A stretch of DNA of 64,000 nucleotides. Source: Nitrospirota bacterium (lineage in GTDB: Bacteria; JACPQY01). How positions within the stretch are numbered: position 1 is the first letter of the stretch; every line of letters starts with the position of its first letter. A program made the translations under genes and the position numbers. Below are positions 54,950-64,000 of the stretch, one piece after another. The notes beneath the pieces are model-generated. The model was not told the DNA's origin. It searched no databases and was given only the letters and a program-made list of their open reading frames with translations. The stretch spans positions 1 to 64,000 of the forward strand of contig JACPAV010000014.1 of assembly GCA_016180645.1 (NCBI GenBank), in the 5' to 3' direction.

Positions 54950-57900
54950 ATGAACAAGTTTGTGATGAGGTTTTTCGTCGGGTCGTGGGCGCTACCGGTT
55001 CTGCTTGCAGCGTGTGAGGCGAAGAAACAGGACGCTCCACCGCCGGTGGCCGGAGTCGGTACGATTGAAGGCCGGGTGGTCCCCGCCCGAGCAGGCGTTT
55101 TCATTCGAGTTGAGAGGACTTCCCTCGCAACGACCACCGATTCGGCAGGAAAGTTTCGGATCCATCTTGCCCCGGAGGGGCAGATAAGTGTGACGGCGGA
55201 GTACCGCGATGAAGCGGGGGCGACCTTCATCGCACGACGGACCGTTACAGTCGAAAAGGAAGAAAAGACGACCGTGGAAGACTTGAGGGTGGTTCCGGCC
55301 GGAACGATTCGAGGGATGGCTCGACTCAAAGGGGGAAGCATACGCGCGGGGATCGAGGTTGTCCTGGTGGGGACCCGTCATGAGGCCCGAACGGAAAATG
55401 ACGGATCGTTCGTGATGGGCGCTGTCGCACCGGACGCCTACACCGTGGCCTTCGTATCCACCGGGTTTGGTGCGGTTCAGCGCGAAGACGTGGAAGTGGC
55501 TGAAGGAGAGACCACGGACCTTGGCTGGGTGGAGCTCGAAGCGGAGTCGGATCCCGGCAATCGCACGGTGTATGGCACGGTCACCGGCATGGTTACGGAT
55601 ACCGAAGGGAGTCCTATCAGTGAAGCGGTTATTTCCGCCACACCGGGAGCGGGCCTTGCCATGACGGATGAGAATGGGACCTACACCTTGGGGGGGCTCT
55701 TCCCTGTGACGGTTTCCCTTCTTGCGCAGAAAGTTGACTATGTATCACGGTCCCTGAGCGTGTTCATTACGGCGGGCCAGAAGGCGTCCGGGGATATCAC
55801 CCTCACCCGCCGGCGCCGGCTGGGCGACGCACGACACACGATCTTTTCCAATGAACCTCCAACCGTTGCGCTGAACTGTCCGGATGTCCTGGCGCCGGGT
55901 GGGAAAGGGTCCGTCTCCATCCGATCGGTGGATCCGGACGGGGATCACGCAACCCTTTCGAGTATTACCGCGTTGTCGGGCGCAGTCCTGTCGGAAAGCA
56001 TCATCCCGTGTGCGGGAGAGGAAAGGGCGGCGTGCGCCACCGTGGAAGTGGTTGCGCCCTCTTCGGGCGGCGAAGTGACCCTTCAGGTATCAGCAACGGA
56101 TGGTTCGCTGAGAGTGGACGGTCGCTGCGAAATGGCCGTGGCGGACGGAACGGGAGGGGTCAATCAATGCCCTGTGGTCTCGATGAGCGGTCCACTCACG
56201 GTTTCACCGGGGCGAACATTGCTGCTGCGGAACTCCCGGGTCGATGCCGACGGAGATCCCGTGTCGGTGAGATGGCAGGCGACGGGTGGGAGGATCATGG
56301 AAGCAACGGACGAGGCCGCGGCGTGGACGGCGCCGGGTCATACGGGTCAAGAAGAGATTCGGGCCTGCGTGACCGATGGAAAATGTGAACCGAGCGCCTG
56401 CGCGACGATCCGAATCCAAGTCGCCGAGTCGCCTGCGGACAGCCGCGCCCCGACGTGCGCTCCCACGGGGGCGTCTTCCGCCCGTATCCATGAAACGGTA
56501 ACCCTGACCGCGGCCGCGTCGGATCCGGACGGGGATTCGATCCGGATCTCCTGGAGCTCCTCCGGTGGCCACCTTTCTTCCAAGAGCGGGCCGGTGGTGA
56601 CGTGGACGGCCGGTGATGTGCCCGGCCCGTACGGTGTGACGTGCACGGCTCGTGACGAAAAAGGCTCCGAAGGAACCGGCCAGATCGGCATCTCCGTGAC
56701 GAAGCCACCGGTGGGCAAGACGTGTCCGACCCTCGCGGCCCGCGGCCCGGCCCTGGTCTCGCCAGGCGGAAAGGTGTCCATCGATTTCCTGGCCTCGGAC
56801 ACGAACCAACCTGAGGAGGTCCTCACAGGCGGGTGCACAATGCCCCCGGGTTCATACGACGTGTCGAATATTCGGGCGACCGGTGCTGCGAATTTTGGCT
56901 GGACGGCGCCGGATGTTCCGGGCGTATTCGTGTTCCACTGCTCCACCTCCAATTCGGTTTGCACGCGATCGTTCGAGCATGCCGTCCAGGTGGTGGCCGC
57001 CCCAGTCCTGGGGATCGGCGTGAGCTGTTCTTCCCCCGCGCTGCTGGGCGGCCAGTCCACTTCCTGCGCGGTGACCGCCTCCGAGCAGGCGGATTTCCGC
57101 TGGACCGCTTCCGGAGGACGCTTGTCCTCGACCACCGGATCGGAAGTGACTTGGACCGCCCCTTCCTGTCCGCGGTGCGCCGGTATGTATGCCCTGACCG
57201 TGGCTGCTTCGGCGGCCGATGGCCGGGTCAACGCCGCACAGCAGACCATCGGTGTCCAACTGGCAAATCGGGCACCCGAGGTTTCGTTGGATGGACCGGC
57301 CGAAGCGGATCCGTTGCAACTGGTCGGTCTCACGGCCCGCGCATCCGATGCCGATGATCTCCCGGCGCCCCTCGCATGCGATTGGACGGCTTCGGGGGGG
57401 ACCCTCGCCAAGGCAGAAGGCTGTGGCGAACAAGTTTGGACGGCTCCCGCCGTTCCTGGGAAGTATTCCGTCTTCGTCGTTGCCGGTGATTCGGACCGAT
57501 CCTCCTCCGCTTCCACCGAGATCACGGTCAAACCGCCTGCGGGCGGGCGTCGGCCCACAGGATCCATTTCCGCGCCGGCCAAGGTCGCCGTCGGTGCGCC
57601 GGCGGATCTTGCGTGCAGCGGCATGGCCCCAGATGCCAAACTCCTCACTTACGCTTGGAACGCGACGGGTGGATCTTTTTCCCAGACGGACGGGACTTCA
57701 GCGAGCGCTGGGACCGTTCGGACCCGGTGGACGGCTCCGAATGCCGCAGGACCGGTCACGATAACCTGCATCATTCAGGACGACGCGTCACCGCCGAGCA
57801 TCTTTCAAGATCGGCACATCGTGGAGGTGACCGCTCTCCCCTCCGGAGCCGCCTACGAGTGCGATGAGAATACCCTCGCTCTCTACCACCTCGATGAAAC

Positions 57901-60109
57901 GACGGGGACGGTTGCGTTCGACGCATGCGGCGAGCGCCATGGAGTTCGCAAAGAGGGGGAAATCGATCAGGACGGTGTTGCGGGTCGTTCCTATTTCTTC
58001 GATGGGGCGGACGATTTCCTGAAGATTCCCGATGCCCTCAATCCGGGAGTGGAATCGCGCTTCACGATCGAGGCGTGGTTCAAGCTCAAGTGCGATTGCC
58101 CCGGCTCCGGGCTGACGCTGGTCTCGAAGGGTGGGGGAAGCGAGGGGACGTTTGATCTGCGCGTGATGGAGAACGGACAGATTCGATTTTCGATGACGCC
58201 TTTCGATCGGTCCGCTCTGTCGCCCGTGGCCTCGGTGCGAACCGTGCATGATGACGGATGGCACCACGCCGCCGCCGCGTACGATGGTCGAACCCTCAGC
58301 CTCCATCTGGACGGACGCTTGGAGTCGAGCGGCGCGTATCACAAGACCCTCGGGGACTCGGATTTCCCGCTCCTGATCGGCGCGTCGGATTCCGATGAGG
58401 ATGGAAGGCCCGATGCGAGGTTTTTCAAGGGTTGGATCGATGAGGTCCGTATTTCTTCGGCGGCGAGAGCTTCCAACGAGATGAACGTGGTCCGGGAGAG
58501 CCGGGCGCTGAAATGGGCGAAAAGCAGCGGGAATCCGATCTTTGCAGCCACCGATCTCTGGGAAATGGCGAGCGTTGCGTATCCGTCGGTCCTCAAAGTC
58601 TCGTCGACCTATGTCATGTTCTATCAAGGGGGAAGCATTGCCGCATGGAACATCGGCGAGGCCACGTCCAAGGATGGAATCTCATGGACACGGCTGCCGG
58701 TGCCCATCGTTACCATCGGTTCGTCCGGCGCGTGGGACGCCGGTCGGGTGCAAATGCCTTCCATCTACTACGACGGAGCGGAGTACTGGATGTATTATGG
58801 CGGGAAGGCCAAGACAACCGATACCTCGAGCAAGCTGGGCCTGGCGAAATCGACGGACGGCCTCAAGTTCACCAAGCATGAGTCCAATCCTCTCCTCGAA
58901 CCGGGAGGGACCGCTGCCTGGGATGAAATCACCGGATTTCCAGGATCCGTGGTGAGGGAGAGTGGAGAGTTCAGGATCTACTACACCGGATACACCGCGT
59001 CCGAATCCACCAAAGGCCGCATCGGACTCGCGACATCCTCCGACGGGGTGAAGTGGACGCGCCACGACTCGAACCCGTTGCTCGCGCCGGGCGATACCGG
59101 CCAATTCGACGACACGTCGGTTCAGAATCCACGGGCCGTCAAGATTGGCGCGATCTGGTATCTCTTCTACGAGGGCGTGAAGAAGGGGGGAACGACCACC
59201 ATCGGCTTGGCCACCTCTCTGGATGGCATTCGATGGACCAAAGCCGACTCCAATCCCGTCCTCGGCGCCGGCCAGGCGTGGGAAGTGCTTCCCCAACTTC
59301 AGACGGGCTTTCCCCTCTTGGACGGGGACCAGATCAAACTCTACTACTCGGCCACAACCCTGACCGGAGCCAAGATCGCCCTTGCGTACGAACTCCCGGA
59401 GACTTTCATCCCGGCCGGGCGCTTTGTGATGGGGAGCGATGCCGATGAAGGCCTGGCGACGGAACGCCCGGAGCACGTTGTCTATCTGTCACCGTACTGG
59501 ATGGACCGCTTCGAAGTTACAAACGCGGCCTTCCGATCGTGCGTAGATACGGGCCCGTGCAGCGCTCCAAGCGGCGGGTCGGGGTCGGCCACGCGATCGT
59601 CCTACTACGGCGATGCCGCGTTCGATCTCCACCCGGTCGTCCGAGTGACGTGGAACCAGGCCGACCAGTATTGCCGTTGGATCGGGAAGCGATTGCCCAC
59701 GGAGGCGGAGTGGGAGAAAGCGGCCCGGGGGCCCTATCCGGACGAGCGCCCCTATCCATGGGGAGATGGAGAGCCATCCTGCTGGCCGGCGAATATTCGA
59801 GGTTGCGTGGGCGATACGGAAAGGGTCGGCTTCATGGCCGGAAGTTCCGCCTCCCCGTATGGCCTCTTCGATTTGGGCGGCAATGTGGCCGAATGGGTAG
59901 GCGATTGGTCCGACTCGACGTATTACGGCGTGAGTCTCCCTCGTGATCCTGCCGGTCCGGCTACCGGTTCCCTCAAAACGGCTCGCGGGGGCTCGTGGAA
60001 TGATGCGGAGCCGAAACAGACGACTCGCGTGTCGTACCGTGAATCCTCGGCGGGTGCGGAGAGTTTCGCGAGCACCGAAGTGGGGTTCCGTTGCGCGCGG
60101 AATCCGTGA
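54950..60109 (+). CDS. Giant modular lipoprotein: carboxypeptidase-regulatory-like domains, Cys-containing Ig/PKD-like repeats, LamG, five-bladed GH-like beta-propeller, FGE-sulfatase domain
   Basis: Lipobox LLAAC; W.A.GG...WTAP repeats; FTIEAW/WHH/IDEVRIS; IGLA.S.DG..W repeats; RLPTEAEWEKAARG, RGGSW, GFRC. Confidence 0.88.
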   Translation: MNKFVMRFFVGSWALPVLLAACEAKKQDAPPPVAGVGTIEGRVVPARAGVFIRVERTSLATTTDSAGKFRIHLAPEGQISVTAEYRDEAGATFIARRTVTVEKEEKTTVEDLRVVPAGTIRGMARLKGGSIRAGIEVVLVGTRHEARTENDGSFVMGAVAPDAYTVAFVSTGFGAVQREDVEVAEGETTDLGWVELEAESDPGNRTVYGTVTGMVTDTEGSPISEAVISATPGAGLAMTDENGTYTLGGLFPVTVSLLAQKVDYVSRSLSVFITAGQKASGDITLTRRRRLGDARHTIFSNEPPTVALNCPDVLAPGGKGSVSIRSVDPDGDHATLSSITALSGAVLSESIIPCAGEERAACATVEVVAPSSGGEVTLQVSATDGSLRVDGRCEMAVADGTGGVNQCPVVSMSGPLTVSPGRTLLLRNSRVDADGDPVSVRWQATGGRIMEATDEAAAWTAPGHTGQEEIRACVTDGKCEPSACATIRIQVAESPADSRAPTCAPTGASSARIHETVTLTAAASDPDGDSIRISWSSSGGHLSSKSGPVVTWTAGDVPGPYGVTCTARDEKGSEGTGQIGISVTKPPVGKTCPTLAARGPALVSPGGKVSIDFLASDTNQPEEVLTGGCTMPPGSYDVSNIRATGAANFGWTAPDVPGVFVFHCSTSNSVCTRSFEHAVQVVAAPVLGIGVSCSSPALLGGQSTSCAVTASEQADFRWTASGGRLSSTTGSEVTWTAPSCPRCAGMYALTVAASAADGRVNAAQQTIGVQLANRAPEVSLDGPAEADPLQLVGLTARASDADDLPAPLACDWTASGGTLAKAEGCGEQVWTAPAVPGKYSVFVVAGDSDRSSSASTEITVKPPAGGRRPTGSISAPAKVAVGAPADLACSGMAPDAKLLTYAWNATGGSFSQTDGTSASAGTVRTRWTAPNAAGPVTITCIIQDDASPPSIFQDRHIVEVTALPSGAAYECDENTLALYHLDETTGTVAFDACGERHGVRKEGEIDQDGVAGRSYFFDGADDFLKIPDALNPGVESRFTIEAWFKLKCDCPGSGLTLVSKGGGSEGTFDLRVMENGQIRFSMTPFDRSALSPVASVRTVHDDGWHHAAAAYDGRTLSLHLDGRLESSGAYHKTLGDSDFPLLIGASDSDEDGRPDARFFKGWIDEVRISSAARASNEMNVVRESRALKWAKSSGNPIFAATDLWEMASVAYPSVLKVSSTYVMFYQGGSIAAWNIGEATSKDGISWTRLPVPIVTIGSSGAWDAGRVQMPSIYYDGAEYWMYYGGKAKTTDTSSKLGLAKSTDGLKFTKHESNPLLEPGGTAAWDEITGFPGSVVRESGEFRIYYTGYTASESTKGRIGLATSSDGVKWTRHDSNPLLAPGDTGQFDDTSVQNPRAVKIGAIWYLFYEGVKKGGTTTIGLATSLDGIRWTKADSNPVLGAGQAWEVLPQLQTGFPLLDGDQIKLYYSATTLTGAKIALAYELPETFIPAGRFVMGSDADEGLATERPEHVVYLSPYWMDRFEVTNAAFRSCVDTGPCSAPSGGSGSATRSSYYGDAAFDLHPVVRVTWNQADQYCRWIGKRLPTEAEWEKAARGPYPDERPYPWGDGEPSCWPANIRGCVGDTERVGFMAGSSASPYGLFDLGGNVAEWVGDWSDSTYYGVSLPRDPAGPATGSLKTARGGSWNDAEPKQTTRVSYRESSAGAESFASTEVGFRCARNP

Positions 60110-63100
60110 TGAACCTGAACCGGTCGCTGAGTGTCTTTGCCGCCCTCTTCGTCGCCTTGGCCGCGGCCTGCGAGAAGAATGATCTCGGCGACCCCCTGAC
60201 TGTTCGAACAGGCTCGGTCGTCGGCCGAGTGACCCTCCTCGGCGAGGCAAAGTCCCAAGCGGCTATCCGGCTTGAGGGGACCAATACTCAAACCACATCG
60301 GATGCGAAAGGCGGCTTCCGTCTCGATCTTGCCGCGCCGGGGAAGAATGTGCTGACGGCCTTCTTCGATGCACCCGAGGGATCGACGTATGGGATTCGCC
60401 GGGACATCGAAATCGTGGAAGGCGAAGTTCTCGGCTTGGGAGAAGTAGCACTCGCCCAGGTCGGCGCCGTGGCGGGGGAAGTGAAGCTTCAAGATCGGAG
60501 GACCCATCTCGGCTCAGACGTCTTCGTACCGGGGACGGAAATGTGGACGCAGACGTCGACGGACGGTTCGTACACCCTGACGCGTGTCCCACCCGGTTTC
60601 TACCGCCTCGTGGCAGCGAATCGAGATTTTGAAATGGTCGAGTACGCCGAGTTCGAAGTGGCATCGGGAGAAACGACGGTTCTACCGGCGATTGAACTTC
60701 ATCGCAGAGGGGAAGACTCTCAGCGGGGAGCCCTTTCGGGTCGTGTCTTCAGTCTCGTGGGAAGGCCGCTTGAAGGAGCCATCGTGAGCATGATTCCACC
60801 GATTCGGACGGCCACCACCGGGGAGGACGGGGGTTACGAATTCAAAGACCTCGATCCCGCGGAATACCTCCTCCGCGCGGAACTCGAAGGAAAAGTGACC
60901 GGCAGCAAGCGCGCGGTCGTCCGCGCCAACGAGACGGCCACGGCCCACCTGGCGCTTCCGGCGTTGCCGAATCAGGACAAACCGGGCCGGGGAGGCTGGA
61001 ACTCGGAGCCTCGCCTCATGGTGACCTGTCCCGAATCTGTGCGCGTCGGAGAATCGGCGGGATTGCGGGCCGATGCGATGGATAGCGATGGCGATCCCGT
61101 CACCCTGGGCCCGTTTGCGGCAACCGGAGGGGCGTTCTCTTCGCCGAGCGATGGTGAGGCGTGCGAACCGGAAGAGGGCGGCGTCTGCGCGACCGCCGAA
61201 TGGAAAGCTCCCGATCGCCCCGGTCTGTACATGATCCGGTCGACGGCCTCGGATGGTCAACTCATGGCGGAGGCTTCCTGCGAGATCGCGGTCTCGCGGG
61301 CGTCCGGACCGGATAATCATTGCCCCATGGTGGCGATCACCGGCGCGACCCGAACGCTTGTGGCCCGTCACGTGTCGTTGGCGGTCTCGGGGTCGGACCA
61401 GGAGGGGGATCCGATTTCGTACAACTGGTCCGCTTCCGGCGGATCGCTCGACCGGCGGACGGGTGAAGAAGTAATCTGGACCGCCCCGCGCTCGGCAGGC
61501 GATTACGACGTTTCCGTCTGCGCATCGGACGGCCAATGCGCCAAGTCGTGCGCCACCGCGCGGATCAATGTCGGAGAAGAAGCCGAAAAGGCCACTTTTC
61601 CGGCCTGCGGGATCTCGGGCCCCACGCTGGCATCGGGGGGTTCCGTGGTCGGCCTCTGGGCGGCGACGTACGATCCCAACGCGTTTCCCGTCAAGGTCCA
61701 GTGGTCGGCCACGGGCGGAACTTTCCCCATTCCGGAAGGAGCCCTGGCCAATTGGTCGGCCCCGGCCCAAAGCGGCATGTACACCGTTTCCGCCAAAGCC
61801 ACGGCCGCCAGCGGCTCGACGGCTACGTGTCAAATGGGGATCGTCGTTACCGACTCCGCCGCGGTTCGCGGCTGTCCGACGCTGGACGTTCAAGGCTCCT
61901 CCACGTCGGTTAAAGCGATGCCGGTTCGGGTTGAATTTGTCGCCGAGGGGCGCGAGTCCGGCGGTCTTTCATCGAATCTATCGTGCGACACTCCAAACGG
62001 ACCGTTCCAAACGTTCGATGTCAGCGCCGAGGGAGCCGTGTTCGAGTGGTTCCCTCTTTTTGAAGGGGTCTACACATTCTCCTGCAAGATCGCAGAGGGG
62101 AGCTGCGCCGTGGGCCGCCTTCATTCCATAGCCGTCACGGACCGACCCGACGATCTCCCGCCGTTCGTCGGAGTCTCCTGCACCGCCGACAAGCTTCTTC
62201 CGGGCCAATCGACACTTTGCCTGGCCTTCGGCAAAGATCCCAAGGATCAGGAGGTGACGTTCACATGGTCCGTGGCCGCCGGTACGCTCTCCTCCCTGGC
62301 CGGAGATTCCGTGATGTGGACGGCGCCCCCGGCGGGCGGGGAATACCGAATCGCCATCGTGGGGAGCGATGGCGCCAACGAGGCCCGCTCGTCCCATTCG
62401 CTCCGGGTGGGCGCCCCTAGATCCGTCACCGACTTCTCCCCATCCGACGCCGTTCCGGAAGGGGAGTACGCGTGCGACGCAAGCACCGTCGCTCTCTACC
62501 ATTTCAACGAAACGGAGGGGGCGACCGCGCAAGATACGTGTGGATCCCATCCGGCGGTCATTCGCGGCGCTGCCGTCAACCGGGCCGGCCGGTGGGTGGG
62601 GGCGTACTCCTTCGATGGATGGGACGATTCGGTGGAGATCCCGGCGGCGGCGGTGTCGGGACTGGCCAACGGTACCGTCGAGGCGTGGGTGAAACTGACC
62701 GCTACATGGCGCGACTACGAATGGGCGATCCGAAGAAGCGAGGAGGCGGATCAATGTGATCTCAGGATGAGGTACACGGCGAGAACTCAGTCCTGGGGAG
62801 CGACGTGGAACAATGAGTGCGTGGATATCAACCACAAGCTGGACCGGAACACGGCGACGGATTTTGGCTGGCATCATCTGGCCGTGACGTGGGACGGCGT
62901 GCTCTGGAAAATGTACCAGGATGGGCTGTTGCGCGTCGCCTCGCCTGATGTGGCCGGGCTGGAATCGAACGACAACCCCTTGGTGATCGGCCTGGTGACG
63001 GCCGGGGTCGAAAGCGCGCTGTATGGCATGGTGGACGAGCTTCGCATTTCCGATCGCGCCCGCGAGCCGGAGGAATTTCGTGTTCTTGCGGCGCCGGTCT

Positions 63101-63981
63101 CTCCGATTTGGACCGACAAGTCGGCGATGGCGGGGGCGAGAGCCGATGCCGCCTCCGCCGCGGTGGAAGGGAAGTTGTATGTATTTGGAGGCAGAAAGGA
63201 GGAGAACGAGGCGCTCTCGACCAACGAGGAATTCGATCTTCTCAAAGATTCGTGGTCCTCGAAAAAAGACATGCCCACCGATCGGTGGGATGCGGTTGCG
63301 GTGGCCATCGGCCGCCGGGTCCATCTGATCGGGGGCACCCGGTTCAAAGACAAGCCACTTCTTGTGGCAAAGAACGAGGAGTACGACACGGAGAAGGACG
63401 CTTGGTCCAAGCGCGCGGATTGGCCGCGGCCCCGATTCGGCGCCGTGGCGGCGGCAGTGGACGGGCAGGTCTTTGTGCTCGGGGGATCGAGCGAATTCCA
63501 GGACCAGGGCAGCCTGCCGCAGGTCGATCGGTATGACCCGGTGACGGACGGATGGACGGAACGCGCGCCGATACCCACGGCCCGATCGCACGCGGCCGTG
63601 GCCGTGCGGGCAGGATCGATCTATGTCATCGGGGGAGCGAGTGATGAGGGATTTCGGAATTCCACCGAGCGATATGACGCGCGCTCCGATACCTGGTCGA
63701 TTCTTGCGCCCATGCCGACTCCAAGGAAATCCGCCGTGGCGCTGGTCGATAACGATTTCATTTACGTCATTGGCGGAGAGGACGGGTCCACGCTGAAGGT
63801 CGTCGAAGCCTACGATCCCGTTAGGAATACGTGGACATCATTGGATCCGCTTCCCGATCCTCGAACGCGGTTCGTGGGAACGGTATTTCAGAGGCTGTTG
63901 TTTCTGGTGGGTGGGTACGACGGTACAGCCGTTCTGTCATCGGTCCTTCAAGGATTTCTCTTTCCCCCCCGCCCGGAATAG
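60109..63981 (+). CDS. Giant modular lipoprotein paralog ending in LamG + Kelch beta-propeller
   Basis: TGATG overlap; lipobox LAAAC; same repeats; VDELRIS; six Kelch repeats (YVFGG..EFD...W...MPT.R). Confidence 0.88.
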   Translation: MNLNRSLSVFAALFVALAAACEKNDLGDPLTVRTGSVVGRVTLLGEAKSQAAIRLEGTNTQTTSDAKGGFRLDLAAPGKNVLTAFFDAPEGSTYGIRRDIEIVEGEVLGLGEVALAQVGAVAGEVKLQDRRTHLGSDVFVPGTEMWTQTSTDGSYTLTRVPPGFYRLVAANRDFEMVEYAEFEVASGETTVLPAIELHRRGEDSQRGALSGRVFSLVGRPLEGAIVSMIPPIRTATTGEDGGYEFKDLDPAEYLLRAELEGKVTGSKRAVVRANETATAHLALPALPNQDKPGRGGWNSEPRLMVTCPESVRVGESAGLRADAMDSDGDPVTLGPFAATGGAFSSPSDGEACEPEEGGVCATAEWKAPDRPGLYMIRSTASDGQLMAEASCEIAVSRASGPDNHCPMVAITGATRTLVARHVSLAVSGSDQEGDPISYNWSASGGSLDRRTGEEVIWTAPRSAGDYDVSVCASDGQCAKSCATARINVGEEAEKATFPACGISGPTLASGGSVVGLWAATYDPNAFPVKVQWSATGGTFPIPEGALANWSAPAQSGMYTVSAKATAASGSTATCQMGIVVTDSAAVRGCPTLDVQGSSTSVKAMPVRVEFVAEGRESGGLSSNLSCDTPNGPFQTFDVSAEGAVFEWFPLFEGVYTFSCKIAEGSCAVGRLHSIAVTDRPDDLPPFVGVSCTADKLLPGQSTLCLAFGKDPKDQEVTFTWSVAAGTLSSLAGDSVMWTAPPAGGEYRIAIVGSDGANEARSSHSLRVGAPRSVTDFSPSDAVPEGEYACDASTVALYHFNETEGATAQDTCGSHPAVIRGAAVNRAGRWVGAYSFDGWDDSVEIPAAAVSGLANGTVEAWVKLTATWRDYEWAIRRSEEADQCDLRMRYTARTQSWGATWNNECVDINHKLDRNTATDFGWHHLAVTWDGVLWKMYQDGLLRVASPDVAGLESNDNPLVIGLVTAGVESALYGMVDELRISDRAREPEEFRVLAAPVSPIWTDKSAMAGARADAASAAVEGKLYVFGGRKEENEALSTNEEFDLLKDSWSSKKDMPTDRWDAVAVAIGRRVHLIGGTRFKDKPLLVAKNEEYDTEKDAWSKRADWPRPRFGAVAAAVDGQVFVLGGSSEFQDQGSLPQVDRYDPVTDGWTERAPIPTARSHAAVAVRAGSIYVIGGASDEGFRNSTERYDARSDTWSILAPMPTPRKSAVALVDNDFIYVIGGEDGSTLKVVEAYDPVRNTWTSLDPLPDPRTRFVGTVFQRLLFLVGGYDGTAVLSSVLQGFLFPPRPE

Positions 63982-64000
63982 ACCGGGGCATTCATCTAAT

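Noticed and set aside
59395-60109. FGE-sulfatase domain as a diversity-generating retroelement target or an active formylglycine-generating enzyme
   Set aside because: No reverse transcriptase or template repeat in the window, and the catalytic cysteines of FGE are not evident.

Overview
GC-rich bacterial chromosomal segment. The gene content (lpxC, myxobacterial-type TonB-dependent receptor, many lipoproteins, CoxD/CoxE-like MoxR-VWA pair) suggests a diderm of the broad 'deltaproteobacterial' type; this is inference and no taxonomy was computed. It holds about 50 CDS: an acyl-CoA/radical SAM cluster, a multi-PAS hybrid kinase, an internally deleted SDR, a 61-aa histone-fold gene beside an XRE regulator, a Schlafen/AlbA_2 gene coupled to a cyclase-like NACHT-HEAT gene (candidate defence pair), lsrF plus a Zn-ADH, a surface-glycan locus, housekeeping genes, orphan Cys-rich lipoproteins, DsbA/DsbB-like genes, lpxC with a sigma-54-type promoter, and an exbB-exbD-tonB-TBDR operon followed by two giant modular lipoproteins. 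I saw no rRNA, tRNA, CRISPR array or transposase. The most unusual non-coding signal is a family of four 66-70 bp double-hairpin inserts with GGA-containing loops. Three sit inside REP-like palindromes and one sits in frame inside a gene. Each is flanked by a duplicated dinucleotide whose reverse complement forms the linker between the two hairpins. All product calls come from motif recognition by eye; no database searches were run.
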